A DNA stretch of 64,000 nt from an uncultured Nitrospinota bacterium (GTDB lineage Bacteria > Nitrospinota > Nitrospinia > Nitrospinales > JAJDAT01). Every line of letters begins with the position of its first letter. Within the stretch, counting starts at the first letter, position 1. The position numbers were made by a program, and so were the translations under genes. Positions 9,846-19,061 of the stretch are shown here, one piece after another. The notes beneath the pieces are model-generated. The model saw only the letters and a program-made list of their open reading frames with translations, searched no databases and had not been told where the DNA came from. Location: the NCBI GenBank assembly GCA_964570665.1, contig CAZMZH010000003.1, positions 244,701 through 308,700 on the forward strand. The letters are read 5' to 3'.

Positions 9846-11654
9846 TTGAGCTATATTCCCGAAAATGTTATTGAGGAAATTCGGACGCGATCCGATATCG
9901 TCGAAATTGTGACAGACTATGTCCCAATTAAGCAAAATGGGCAAAATTTTAAAGGGCTTTGCCCATTCCACCCTGAAAAAACCCCCTCATTTACGGTAAG
10001 CCCGGCCAAGCAGATTTATCATTGTTTTGGTTGTGGGGCAGGTGGAAATGTTTTTAAATTTATCATGGCACAAGAAGGCATTTCGTTTGTTGAAACAATT
10101 GAGAAGCTAGCTTATAGATACAACATTTCTTTGCCAAAGGAAGAATCTCCCTTCAGAGGAAGCGATGGAGGGCTTAGACAAACGATTGAAGGTTTGAATA
10201 AACAAGCTGCAGATTATTTTTTTAAAAATCTGGTCAATAATTCTAAATCCAATGAGGCTCTGGAGTATCTAAAGTTAAGAGATATTTCCGAAGAAACTAT
10301 AAAAATATATCAATTAGGATGGGCTGTACAAAGCTGGAGAAATCTAACAGATTATTTTGTTAAATCCTGTAAAACGCCCCATATTGATTTAGAGAAGGCG
10401 GGTTTAATCAAAAAAAAGGAAAAGGCTGAATCGGATTCTAGAGAAGACAACTACTACGATAGGTTTCGGGCAAGAATAATTTTCCCTCTAAAGGATGTGC
10501 GTGGTAGAATACTGGGTTTTGCTGGCAGGATCATTGTTAAAAGCGATAAGGAAGCAAAATACTTAAATTCTCCAGAAACTGAGATTTATAAAAAGGGGGA
10601 TCAAGTATTTGGATTAAACCTTGCTAAAGAAAGTATTAGACGTGAAGGGCGAGTTTTTATTTTTGAGGGATATTTCGACCAAATAAGGGCTCATCAAGCT
10701 GGAATTAAGAATACAATAGCAACTTGTGGAACAGCGCTGACGCCTAAACAAGTTTCTTTATTAAAGAATTATGCAAAAAATGTGGTTTTAGTATTTGATT
10801 CCGATCAAGCTGGCCAAGCTGCCGCCGATAAAGGCTATAAAGCCTTGGCAGATCAAGGACTAAATATTGCCCTCATTTCATTGCCCGAAGGAGAAGATCC
10901 AGATTCTTTCATACTAAAACAAGGATCAAAGGCATTTTTGGATTTAGCCGATAAGGCAAAACCTTTTTGGGAACATTTTATTCGAAAAACAGTTTCGGCT
11001 GCAGGCACAATCTTTCCAGGTAAAAAGAGAGAGATTGTAGAGAAGTTGGCTCCATTTCTTTCCGGTTTGAATAACCATATTGATAGATCTGAGGCCGTCA
11101 AGCTTGTTTCTGAGGCATTAGCTATTGATGATAAAACCCTTTTAGGAGAGTTGAGGAAAACGGTTGAAAGCCGAAAACCATTTTTGGGGAAAACAGAATC
11201 TTCCATTAACGAGAGAGTTAAATATCCAGAAGAACGCTATTTAATTCATTTAATTGGAAATAATTCGGTTTTAGCCCAAAAGATTTTGGAGCGGATTGAA
11301 TTGGAGGAGATAAACGATCCCAAATACCAAGGGATAGTCCAAGCCTATCAACAACAGTTTAAAGCTGGGTTATCATTGGAACCGGCCCAAATTATAGAGT
11401 TGATTGACGATGAGGAAGAAAAAAGAATTTTAACCCTCGTTGGAGTTTCTCCAATGATGTTTGAAAAACCCGAAGAATCTGCGGTCGATTGTATTCGGAA
11501 AATCAAATCGCGTCATTTAGAAAAAAAAATAAAAGAACTTAGAAGACAAAGGAACGAAGCGGAAAAACAAGGTCAAACGGAACGATTTCGCCAATTGCAA
11601 CAGTTGGTGAACGAGATGAAATCTTCGTTAAATCAAGTGACCGTTTCCTTTTAA
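9846..11654 (+). CDS. dnaG: DNA primase
   Basis: 602 aa, TTG start. Zinc ribbon CPFHPEKTPSFTVSPAKQIYHCFGCGAGGN. TOPRIM motifs EGYFD and VFDSDQAGQAA. Confidence 0.97.
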   Translation: MSYIPENVIEEIRTRSDIVEIVTDYVPIKQNGQNFKGLCPFHPEKTPSFTVSPAKQIYHCFGCGAGGNVFKFIMAQEGISFVETIEKLAYRYNISLPKEESPFRGSDGGLRQTIEGLNKQAADYFFKNLVNNSKSNEALEYLKLRDISEETIKIYQLGWAVQSWRNLTDYFVKSCKTPHIDLEKAGLIKKKEKAESDSREDNYYDRFRARIIFPLKDVRGRILGFAGRIIVKSDKEAKYLNSPETEIYKKGDQVFGLNLAKESIRREGRVFIFEGYFDQIRAHQAGIKNTIATCGTALTPKQVSLLKNYAKNVVLVFDSDQAGQAAADKGYKALADQGLNIALISLPEGEDPDSFILKQGSKAFLDLADKAKPFWEHFIRKTVSAAGTIFPGKKREIVEKLAPFLSGLNNHIDRSEAVKLVSEALAIDDKTLLGELRKTVESRKPFLGKTESSINERVKYPEERYLIHLIGNNSVLAQKILERIELEEINDPKYQGIVQAYQQQFKAGLSLEPAQIIELIDDEEEKRILTLVGVSPMMFEKPEESAVDCIRKIKSRHLEKKIKELRRQRNEAEKQGQTERFRQLQQLVNEMKSSLNQVTVSF

Positions 11655-11693
11655 TTTCGCTTTAACCCTTAAAACTTAGGAGAATATTTACAG

Positions 11694-13463
11694 ATGGCAA
11701 ATCCCGAGAAGATCACTGATTCAAGCGAAATTAACCAATTGATTTCCCTGGGTAAAGAAAAAGGTTATTTGACTTATGAAGAAGTCAACGATGTATTGCC
11801 TTCCGATGTTGTCGCGCCTGAACAAATCGACGATTTAATGCATTTATTTGGCGAAAACGAAATCGATATCGTAGACACTGCCTTAAAAGGCGAGAAACTG
11901 GCGATAAACCGGGTTGATGAAAGTGAAGAAAAAGAGGACGATCAGCCAGAAGGTGAAGTCGCGGAAACTAAGGCCGACGCTGTTAGTATAGACGATCCTG
12001 TGCGTATGTATTTACGAGAAATGGGAACCATTTCTTTATTGACGCGAGAAGGAGAAGTCGAAATTGCTAAGAGAATTGAGGCGGGGCAAAATGAAGTTAT
12101 TTCAGCCGTTGCCAACTGTTCTGTGACCATTGGCGAAATTATTAGGCTCGGAGATTTAATAAAGAAAAGTGAAGTTAACGTTTTAGATTTAATAGAGAAT
12201 AACGATCCCGAAGAAAAAAAAGAAAGAGACGAAGCTGAAGAACGTAAAGCGGCTTTGAAAGAAATACGAACCATTAAGGGGCAAGATCAAAAGTTACAAA
12301 CGATTCGTAAGCGACTTTCGGCGACTAGTTTGTCTGAAAAAATGAGGACAAAATTAGAAAACGAAGAGAAAAAGCAGAAGAATTTGATTGACCGATCCGT
12401 TCGAGATCTTAACCTTTGCGATGACGAAATGGATCGAATTATTGAATTAATTTATGGAATTGCCGCTCAAATCAGAGAAGCGGGAAAACAAGAAAAAATT
12501 ATTGAGAAAAAATTAGGAGTTCCTTTTGCCGAAGTAAAAAAGATTTTTAAAACGAAAAAAGGCAAGACCGTTAAACTGCCGAGCGGTAAAGATTTATCTA
12601 GGGTCAAGTTTGAAGAGTTCAATAAAATTTCTTTAGCCGCCGGTAGAAAAATTAAAGCTATCGAAAAACAAACTGCTACTACTAAGGATTATCTGCTCTC
12701 CACAGTTAGGGCTATTGCTCGGGCGCGAGTTAAGGACAAAACCGCAAAGAGGGAATTGGCCGAAGCGAATTTAAGGTTAGTTGTGAGTATTGCTAAAAAA
12801 TATACAAACAGAGGATTGCAGTTTTTGGATTTGATTCAAGAAGGCAATATTGGGCTGATGAAAGCCGTTGAAAAATTTGAATATCGACGCGGTTATAAAT
12901 TTAGCACTTACGCGACATGGTGGATTCGACAGGCTATTACTCGCGCCATAGCGGATCAGGCGAGAACTATAAGAATTCCCGTACATATGATTGAAACGAT
13001 AAATAAATTAATTCGAGTGTCGCGCCATTTAGTGCAGGAGTTAGGTAGAGAGCCTTCCCCGGAAGAAATTGCGGAGAAAATGTCCCTTCCTGTCGAAAAA
13101 GTTCGAAAAGTCTTGAAAATTGCCAAAGAACCTATCTCCTTAGAAACTCCAATTGGAGAAGAGGAAAATAGCCATCTAGGCGATTTTATTGAAGACAAGA
13201 AAGTGATGTCTCCAATCGATTCTGTAGTTAAGAAAAATTTGAAGGATCAGACTATGAAGGTGTTGGGGACATTAGCCGCGCGCGAAGAGAAAGTGCTTCG
13301 AAAGCGATTTGGTATAGGCCTGGACTCAGAACATACCTTGGAAGAAGTTGGTCAAGATTTTGCGGTTACCCGCGAACGAATACGCCAAATTGAAGCAAAA
13401 GCCCTGCGGAAGTTGCGTCATCCCAGCCGGAGTAAAAAGTTAAGGAGTTTTATCGAGGGATAA
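11694..13463 (+). CDS. rpoD: primary RNA polymerase sigma factor (sigma-70)
   Basis: 589 aa with RBS AGGAGA. Region 2 [24 protein letters not shown], region 4 [30 protein letters not shown], and an acidic region 1. Confidence 0.97.
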   Translation: MANPEKITDSSEINQLISLGKEKGYLTYEEVNDVLPSDVVAPEQIDDLMHLFGENEIDIVDTALKGEKLAINRVDESEEKEDDQPEGEVAETKADAVSIDDPVRMYLREMGTISLLTREGEVEIAKRIEAGQNEVISAVANCSVTIGEIIRLGDLIKKSEVNVLDLIENNDPEEKKERDEAEERKAALKEIRTIKGQDQKLQTIRKRLSATSLSEKMRTKLENEEKKQKNLIDRSVRDLNLCDDEMDRIIELIYGIAAQIREAGKQEKIIEKKLGVPFAEVKKIFKTKKGKTVKLPSGKDLSRVKFEEFNKISLAAGRKIKAIEKQTATTKDYLLSTVRAIARARVKDKTAKRELAEANLRLVVSIAKKYTNRGLQFLDLIQEGNIGLMKAVEKFEYRRGYKFSTYATWWIRQAITRAIADQARTIRIPVHMIETINKLIRVSRHLVQELGREPSPEEIAEKMSLPVEKVRKVLKIAKEPISLETPIGEEENSHLGDFIEDKKVMSPIDSVVKKNLKDQTMKVLGTLAAREEKVLRKRFGIGLDSEHTLEEVGQDFAVTRERIRQIEAKALRKLRHPSRSKKLRSFIEG

Positions 13464-13472
13464 CGGGAATCA

Positions 13473-13545
13473 GGGCCCATAGCTCAGTTGGTAGAGCCCC
13501 CGGCTCATAACCGGTCGGTCCCAGGTTCGAATCCTGGTGGGCCCA
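13473..13545 (+). tRNA. tRNA with CAT anticodon (elongator tRNA-Met, or tRNA-Ile2 if C34 is lysidinylated)
   Basis: 73-nt cloverleaf folded by hand. Acceptor GGGCCCA/TGGGCCC, D arm GCTC-AGTTGGTA-GAGC, anticodon loop CTCATAA, T arm CCAGG-TTCGAAT-CCTGG, discriminator A. CCA is not encoded. G1:C72 is paired, so it is not an initiator. Confidence 0.93.
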
Positions 13546-13841
13546 TCTCTTTTGTGCCCGAAAATCCCAAAACTTTTACTATCCTTTCCCACTATATAAA
13601 TCTAGCGCTGAAGGAGCTTAGGTTTTGGCTTCTTTGATAGTAATCTAAGCTCAGATTCTTTACTGTTGAAGGATTTAACAGCTAATAAAGCTCGTTTTTG
13701 GATTGGAAACTTTACTCTTTTAAAGGGGTGCAATTTTTTTAAAAACAACTTTTATGTATAGAAAATAATTATGTTATATTTGAATATTATTAAAGAGTTT
13801 GATTATTAAATTTATAATTATCGATTGGGAAATAAAAGCTA

Positions 13842-14192
13842 ATGAAGTCCTTGGCATCGATTACAGATAAAGATATAGAAACGATAAAAATGGCATTAAA
13901 CGATTCTATTTCGGATATAAATGTTGAATTAAAGAACACTAAATCCACTAGCAAAAAAGACAGTTTATTGCAATATAAGGGAAAATATACGAGGGTTTTA
14001 GAGAAATTACGGCAAAATCCTTCAATTTACGCTTTATTGGAAACGGATTTGGATTTGGCAGCGACAGGTTTGAACGACGCGATTGAATTATTAGAAGAAT
14101 TTATGACAGATGATTTAACAGAACAAGAAAAGAACGATTTTATAAACTACAAAACCGATTGCCAACGCCTGTTGGAAGTATTAGCAAGATAA
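13842..14192 (+). CDS. hypothetical helical protein
   Basis: 116-aa ATG ORF, charged and helical in composition, with no recognisable motif. Confidence 0.45.
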   Translation: MKSLASITDKDIETIKMALNDSISDINVELKNTKSTSKKDSLLQYKGKYTRVLEKLRQNPSIYALLETDLDLAATGLNDAIELLEEFMTDDLTEQEKNDFINYKTDCQRLLEVLAR

Positions 14193-14222
14193 AAAGGATT
14201 TATCGATCGCTTAACTTGCCCG

Positions 14223-14471
14223 TTAGCCAAGATTAGCGGGCAAGTAAATGTTGGCATAATATCCATATGCAAACATCCAAAACGTAATTCCAAAACCTGC
14301 CGACATACATAAAACCCACGCTTTTTTACTATTCTTTTTCATATTATTTTTATCTTCGTACATAAACGAAGAATGCAATAGCATTCCTAAAAAATAAGAA
14401 ATAACCAAAAAAGATAGCCCCAAAACAAAAATCATAAATGGGGAAAATACTAACCGTTCTCCTCCAAACAT
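14223..14471 (-). CDS. small membrane protein (2-3 TM)
   Basis: 82 aa containing VFSPFMIFVLGLSFLVISYFLGMLL and AWVLCMSAGFGITFWMFAYGYY. Confidence 0.45.
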   Translation of the reverse strand: MFGGERLVFSPFMIFVLGLSFLVISYFLGMLLHSSFMYEDKNNMKKNSKKAWVLCMSAGFGITFWMFAYGYYANIYLPANLG

Positions 14472-14521
14472 TTTTCCTCCCGTTACAAATCAATCAAACT
14501 ACTTTGATAGGCGTTTCTCAA

Positions 14522-14731
14522 TTATACGGTAAAACCTCCTTCGGCGATTCCTAAAATAGTTAAAATTTTAGCAATTCCATAAACTAAACCCGCAATTATT
14601 AAGGCGCCTAGCATTGTCCACAAATAAATCAGGGCAATTTCTTTTGGGTGTTTTTTTTGAGTCAAAAAGCTGATGACTAGAGAAATAGCTAAAATGATTA
14701 CTGTGGAAATGATATAGTATCTTGTCCCCAT
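14522..14731 (-). CDS. small membrane protein (2 TM)
   Basis: 69 aa with two hydrophobic helices, IISTVIILAISLVISFL and WTMLGALIIAGLVYGIAKIL. Confidence 0.45.
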   Translation of the reverse strand: MGTRYYIISTVIILAISLVISFLTQKKHPKEIALIYLWTMLGALIIAGLVYGIAKILTILGIAEGGFTV

Positions 14732-14755
14732 AAAATACGATCTAGCCTAAGCCGA

Positions 14756-15541
14756 TTATTTTTTTTTAAATGGAATAATGAGCAAGTTTAAAAACGATAC
14801 TTCTTTAGGGTTTTTATATTCTTTAATCCCGAGAACAATCTCAGGCTGTGGTTTGCGGGCTTCTTGAATGTAAGTGCCCAAAGCTCGATCCCAGATGGAA
14901 AAATTAAATCCATAGTTGGAATTTGTTTCGTCTAATTCTTCTGAATGATGAATTCGATGCATATCTGGCGTTACAAAAAAGTAGCGCATTAGCGAATCTA
15001 ATTTTTCGGGTAACTTGATGTTGGAATGAGTGAACTGTGCCATTCCGTTTAAAATAGCTTCAAAAATCATCACCGTTAACGGCGTTGGACCTAGAGCAAA
15101 TATAATTGAAATTTTAAATAACATGGAGCCGAGAATTTCAATGGGATGGAAGCGTAATGCGGATGAAACGTCTAAGTCCAAGTCTGTATGATGAACTTTG
15201 TGGAATCTCCAAAAAAAAGGAATCATGTGGACGACAACGTGCTGAACATAAATCGAGAAATCCAACAAAATGATGGTAATAGTTATTTCTAACCAAACAG
15301 GCCAATCCAAATAATTTAAAACGCCCCAAGATTGTTCGTTTGCAAAAGCTGCCGCTCCTACTGCGGCGGTTCCAAAAAAGAGTTTAACTGCGAAAATATC
15401 AATGCCCGTCAAACCCAAATTAATCGCAAATCGGCGAGGCTTAGAATCTACTGTTGGGTGAAGTTGAATGAGCGATTCTAGCAAAATCATTAAGGCAAAA
15501 ACGCCAAGGAAAATAATAAAACGAATTGCGTTAACGTCCAT
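14756..15541 (-). CDS. fatty acid hydroxylase / sterol desaturase superfamily membrane protein
   Basis: 261 aa with di-iron histidine boxes HVVVHMIPFFWRFHKVHHTD and HRIHHS, in a 4-TM context. Confidence 0.85.
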   Translation of the reverse strand: MDVNAIRFIIFLGVFALMILLESLIQLHPTVDSKPRRFAINLGLTGIDIFAVKLFFGTAAVGAAAFANEQSWGVLNYLDWPVWLEITITIILLDFSIYVQHVVVHMIPFFWRFHKVHHTDLDLDVSSALRFHPIEILGSMLFKISIIFALGPTPLTVMIFEAILNGMAQFTHSNIKLPEKLDSLMRYFFVTPDMHRIHHSEELDETNSNYGFNFSIWDRALGTYIQEARKPQPEIVLGIKEYKNPKEVSFLNLLIIPFKKK

Positions 15542-15810
15542 TGTGCATTGTCCAGAGTGAATCTTAAGAAATATTTAATGGGATAATTTTACCCTGTTAA
15601 TAACTCCAATAGCTAATTTAATTAATCTTAAGCGATGAGAGGGAACTCGCTTTCGGATGTAAGTTACAGGCAAAAAAATTTTTTACCCAGGGTCAAAGAA
15701 AGAGTTTATTAAAAAAAAATAATTTTTCCTGCATGGTTTTTAAAATTACTGGTTCTTATATTTATTATTAAGGGCTGAATAATTATAAAAACAAATAGAA
15801 AGTGTGGGTT

Positions 15811-16344
15811 ATGACGCTTGTTGAAAGTAAACCAATTTCATCTAACGATCCTCAAAGTCTAGACGATGCTTGGAAAGCTACTTTTGGTTCCTGCGATCGA
15901 ACCTTAAAACAAAAAGAAGTTTCATGGATTGTCTGGTTGTTTGAGAATCCCAAGAGCCCAATTGCTTTACGAGGAGCCGCTAGTTTGTATACGCACGATC
16001 ACATTCATTTATTGTTGAATCGGTCTGTTGAAAAAGAAGACGAAGCCTTCGTGATTGGTTATTCAATGGGAAATGACGAGAAAACGAAACTACTCGACGT
16101 ATGGTTGTTTAAATTTTTGTCAAAATATCTTTATCCAGATTCCTACAGGTTCAACGATAAACATTTAGCGATTTTTGATATAGGTTTTGATTATGGTCGT
16201 TCCAGAAAATCCAAAAATATAACTTCTGTAGATTTTTCTAGTATCGATCATAAGTTAGATGTTTCAATGTTAAGAAAATATTTTGATATTTATGATAATG
16301 TTTTGGAAGAGTTTAATCAAAAAATCGAATTGATGAAGGATTAA
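15811..16344 (+). CDS. hypothetical protein carrying a Coq4-type HDxxH-x11-E motif
   Basis: The track ORF starts at GTG 15802; the in-frame ATG at 15811 is preferred. The motif is read directly as THDHIH-LLLNRSVEKED-E. The family call is tentative. Confidence 0.45.
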   Translation: MTLVESKPISSNDPQSLDDAWKATFGSCDRTLKQKEVSWIVWLFENPKSPIALRGAASLYTHDHIHLLLNRSVEKEDEAFVIGYSMGNDEKTKLLDVWLFKFLSKYLYPDSYRFNDKHLAIFDIGFDYGRSRKSKNITSVDFSSIDHKLDVSMLRKYFDIYDNVLEEFNQKIELMKD

Positions 16345-16348
16345 AATT

Positions 16349-16675
16349 TTGTCTTTGCAATGGGTTTATTTATTTACGGCTGGTCTTTTTGAAATTATTT
16401 GGGCGATAAGCCTAAAGTTTTCCGAAAGTTTTACCAAACTAACTCCCTCCATTATATGTATTGTAACCATGGGTTTAAGCTTTTATTTCCTTTCGCTTGC
16501 GCTAAATCATTTGCCTCTTGGGACAGCCTATGCAATCTGGACGGGCATTGGAGTGCTGGGGACGGCAGTTGTGGGAATATGTTTATTTAACGAACCAAAA
16601 GATCTATTAAGATTATTTTTTCTTACCTTAATTTTATTTGGGATATTTGGTCTCAAACTTCAGTCAAAATTTTAA
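16349..16675 (+). CDS. sugE: SMR-family transporter, SugE/Gdx subtype (guanidinium / quaternary-cation exporter)
   Basis: 108 aa, TTG start 4 nt after the upstream stop. Four TM helices. AGLFEIIWAISLKFSESF carries the conserved membrane Glu. PLGTAYAIWTGIGVLGTAVVG matches SugE closely. Confidence 0.9.
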   Translation: MSLQWVYLFTAGLFEIIWAISLKFSESFTKLTPSIICIVTMGLSFYFLSLALNHLPLGTAYAIWTGIGVLGTAVVGICLFNEPKDLLRLFFLTLILFGIFGLKLQSKF

Positions 16676-16726
16676 TTCATTATATTGATAGTTGGATAGT
16701 TCTTACTGGGAAAATCCGTAGACCCT

Positions 16727-17260
16727 ATGGAATCGAAAGAAAGCCTTCGAAAAAAAATGTTCCAAGCGCTTTTGAAGCCAAGGAAAAAGTTGAAATTGTC
16801 TGGACATGATTTGTCCTGTTTAGATTTTTCTGGCAAGAGTTTTAGAGAAGCGGATTTGAGTAAAGCAGACTTGAGGAAATCGAATTTTTCGGGAGCGGAT
16901 TTTCAAAACGCGAACCTTCAAGGAGCTTTTTTAAAAGGCGCCATTCTAAAAAATGCCCGGTTGGAAAACGCAGATTTAACCAATGCCAGTTTGATCGAGA
17001 CTAACTTGTCAGAGGCAGATTTAAGAGGATGTTCCTTAGAAGGGGCGGCTTTGCGTCGGGCAAATTTAAGGAAAGCAAATTTAGAAGGCGCCAATTTGAA
17101 ATTTGTCGATGCATTGGGCGCGGATCTGACTGGAGCAGTATTGAATCAGGCGGAAGTGACGGGATCGATAGGAGTTATTGAAATAATTACTGACCGGGAG
17201 GAAAGTGTTAATAAGTTTTCTATTCTCAAAAAGCTCAAATATTTTTTCAATTTTAAATAG
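16727..17260 (+). CDS. pentapeptide-repeat protein
   Basis: 177 aa. Continuous A(D/N)LxX repeats, e.g. ADLSKADLRKSNFSGADFQNANLQGAFLKGAILKNARLENADLTNASL. Confidence 0.9.
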   Translation: MESKESLRKKMFQALLKPRKKLKLSGHDLSCLDFSGKSFREADLSKADLRKSNFSGADFQNANLQGAFLKGAILKNARLENADLTNASLIETNLSEADLRGCSLEGAALRRANLRKANLEGANLKFVDALGADLTGAVLNQAEVTGSIGVIEIITDREESVNKFSILKKLKYFFNFK

Positions 17261-17263
17261 TCG

Positions 17264-17740
17264 TTAATCCTTTTTATCTCGTTTGGCCTTTCTTTCGAGG
17301 GCGCTAGTGCGGTTAATCTGAATCGCCGCTTGTATCATCACTCCAATAAACCAACTAGTCAAAAAGAAAATTGCCCACATAAAGCCTAAATTAAACCAAT
17401 ATTGTGTAGGTTTATAATCCACCGAATTATGGACTTGTCCTCGAATATTTAATCTAGAAGTTTCAGATGCGCTAATATATTTGCTATAAAAGGGATGTTT
17501 ATTCCTTTCTGCATAAGCTTTTTGTTCGTCGCGAGTCATTCTTAAAAATTCCGTAACATCCTTCGCATTTTTAGCGAAAAACATCTTCATTTTTTTTTCA
17601 ACGCCTTCGGCCGGAGGATTATTAAAGTAGTACCATCCAGTAATTGCAAACGATAGAATAATAGCTACCGATAAAAAAATCCTGCTATAAAAGCGGTCTT
17701 GTTTTTGGTCGGTTGATTCAGTTTGTATATTATCCTCCAT
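17264..17740 (-). CDS. two-TM membrane protein, unknown function
   Basis: 158 aa with TM helices IFLSVAIILSFAITGWYYF and LGFMWAIFFLTSWFIGVMIQAAI, and a basic C-terminal tail. Confidence 0.5.
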   Translation of the reverse strand: MEDNIQTESTDQKQDRFYSRIFLSVAIILSFAITGWYYFNNPPAEGVEKKMKMFFAKNAKDVTEFLRMTRDEQKAYAERNKHPFYSKYISASETSRLNIRGQVHNSVDYKPTQYWFNLGFMWAIFFLTSWFIGVMIQAAIQINRTSALERKAKRDKKD

Positions 17741-17989
17741 ACCTGTCCAATCTCCGATATTTGAGGTTCTTTAAATTGAAGGCGCTCAAACTTACTAGTT
17801 TCCAAGAGAAAATTTGTGGAAAACTCGTTCAAGCATAAAATATTGGCTCGATTAAAGCCAACTTTTTAAATTTGTTTAATTTTTGCCAATCGCATAATGT
17901 AAAATATCCCATTCAATATAAGAAACCCAGACTAAAAACACAACCGCTTTGGGATATAAATTGTTCTATAACTTTATTTGGGAAAAACT

Positions 17990-18526
17990 ATGAGATTGTT
18001 CACACTGAAACGAAATTTAACCGTTGGATTATTATATTTAATTATTTTGACTTTAATTAATGTTGGATTGGCGTTTGCTGGTACCCCGCGTTTTATAGAT
18101 AATAAAGACGGTACTATAACTGATAGTAAATCTGGATTTCAATGGGCCAAAGAGGATAGCTGGAACCAAACAGGTAAATGTATGAATTGGAACGATGCGA
18201 TGACTTATGTTAAAAATTTAAAGACTGGCGGACACTCGGACTGGAGAGTTCCAACGTTAAATGAAATATCGAAGTGGCCAAATGGAATTGTAGAACGCGC
18301 TAAAACGAATAAAATTGGAACAAAATTTAGAAATTGGAAAGAAGAATATACCTTAAATTTAGACACAATTTTTGCGACAGGGGCGGCTTATTGGGTTTGG
18401 TCCTCGGAGGTTGATGGCGAAGCTCGCGCTGGGGCAATAGATATGCGAACGGGACATACGTTGAACCTTGAAAAGAAAATGTGCTTTGCCTTAGGAGTTC
18501 GCGCTGTCCGTAATCCAGGAAAATAA
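17990..18526 (+). CDS. secreted DUF1566 (Lcl C-terminal / C-type-lectin-like) domain protein
   Basis: The track ORF starts at TTG 17978; ATG 17990 gives the signal peptide MRLFTLKRNLTVGLLYLIILTLINVGLAFA. DUF1566 strings DGTITDSKSGFQWAKEDS and WNDAMTYVKNLKTGGHSDWRVPTLNEI. Confidence 0.75.
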   Translation: MRLFTLKRNLTVGLLYLIILTLINVGLAFAGTPRFIDNKDGTITDSKSGFQWAKEDSWNQTGKCMNWNDAMTYVKNLKTGGHSDWRVPTLNEISKWPNGIVERAKTNKIGTKFRNWKEEYTLNLDTIFATGAAYWVWSSEVDGEARAGAIDMRTGHTLNLEKKMCFALGVRAVRNPGK

Positions 18527-18529
18527 AAA

Positions 18530-19048
18530 ATGGAGACGCCATATTTTCTGATAGGCGTAATTGGAATTAGTATTTTATTGGCTGGGATAATCTGTTGGGT
18601 TGTTTGGAGCTTGAAGCTTAAAAAAAACAGAGCAAAACTGAAACCTCAACAAATTAGCGAACCTGAATCTGCGGAAGTGCATAACGCTCGCGGTAATCTT
18701 TACGCCCATGAAAAGAAATATGAAGACGCTAAAATTGAATATAAGAAAGCGTTAGATATTGATCCAGAGTTTGCAAAGGCTCATAACAATTTAGGTAACG
18801 TTTATTTTAAGCAAGGATTAATGGAAGAGGCGGAATGGACGTATAAGAAAGCCCTTGAACTTTCGCCACAATATTGCGATGCCCATTTTAATTTGGGACT
18901 TTTATTTAAGAGGCAAGAAAAGTTAGACGATGCGATTTGGAAGTTTCACGAAGTTTTGCAATTGAGTCCTAAAGACGAATTGGCTAAAAAATACATAGAA
19001 TCCATCAAAAAAAAAATAGACGCTAAGGAATTAAATAAGAGTTCTTAA
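18530..19048 (+). CDS. membrane-anchored TPR-repeat protein
   Basis: 172 aa starting 3 nt after the DUF1566 stop. N-terminal TM, then three TPR units (AEVHNARGNLY.., AKAHNNLGNVY.., CDAHFNLGLLF..). Confidence 0.8.
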   Translation: METPYFLIGVIGISILLAGIICWVVWSLKLKKNRAKLKPQQISEPESAEVHNARGNLYAHEKKYEDAKIEYKKALDIDPEFAKAHNNLGNVYFKQGLMEEAEWTYKKALELSPQYCDAHFNLGLLFKRQEKLDDAIWKFHEVLQLSPKDELAKKYIESIKKKIDAKELNKSS

Positions 19049-19061
19049 AATTTCAAATTAA

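Noticed and set aside
10853-13198. Minus-strand ORFs inside dnaG and rpoD (10853..11206, 11942..12274, 12777..12986, 12956..13198)
   Set aside because: They lie fully within two unambiguous essential genes on the other strand and have no motifs. They are shadow ORFs.
14214-14245. 9-bp hairpin ACTTGCCCG / CGGGCAAGT between convergent genes, considered as a terminator
   Set aside because: No U-tract directly follows on either strand, and the right arm lies within the coding end of the 14223..14471 ORF. It may still aid termination, but the support is insufficient.
13546-15801. Genomic island integrated at the tRNA 3-prime end
   Set aside because: There is no integrase, and I found no direct repeat of the tRNA 3-prime end downstream. 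The content is small membrane proteins and a lipid hydroxylase.
15542-16348. Guanidine riboswitch upstream of sugE
   Set aside because: Only 4 nt separate sugE from the preceding ORF. In 15542-15810 I saw only a generic 6-bp hairpin (AAGCGA...TCGCTT) and none of the ykkC, mini-ykkC (ACGR loops) or ykkC-III signatures.
16399-16590. 63-aa ORF in an alternate frame of sugE
   Set aside because: It is contained in a gene whose annotated frame matches SugE nearly residue for residue.
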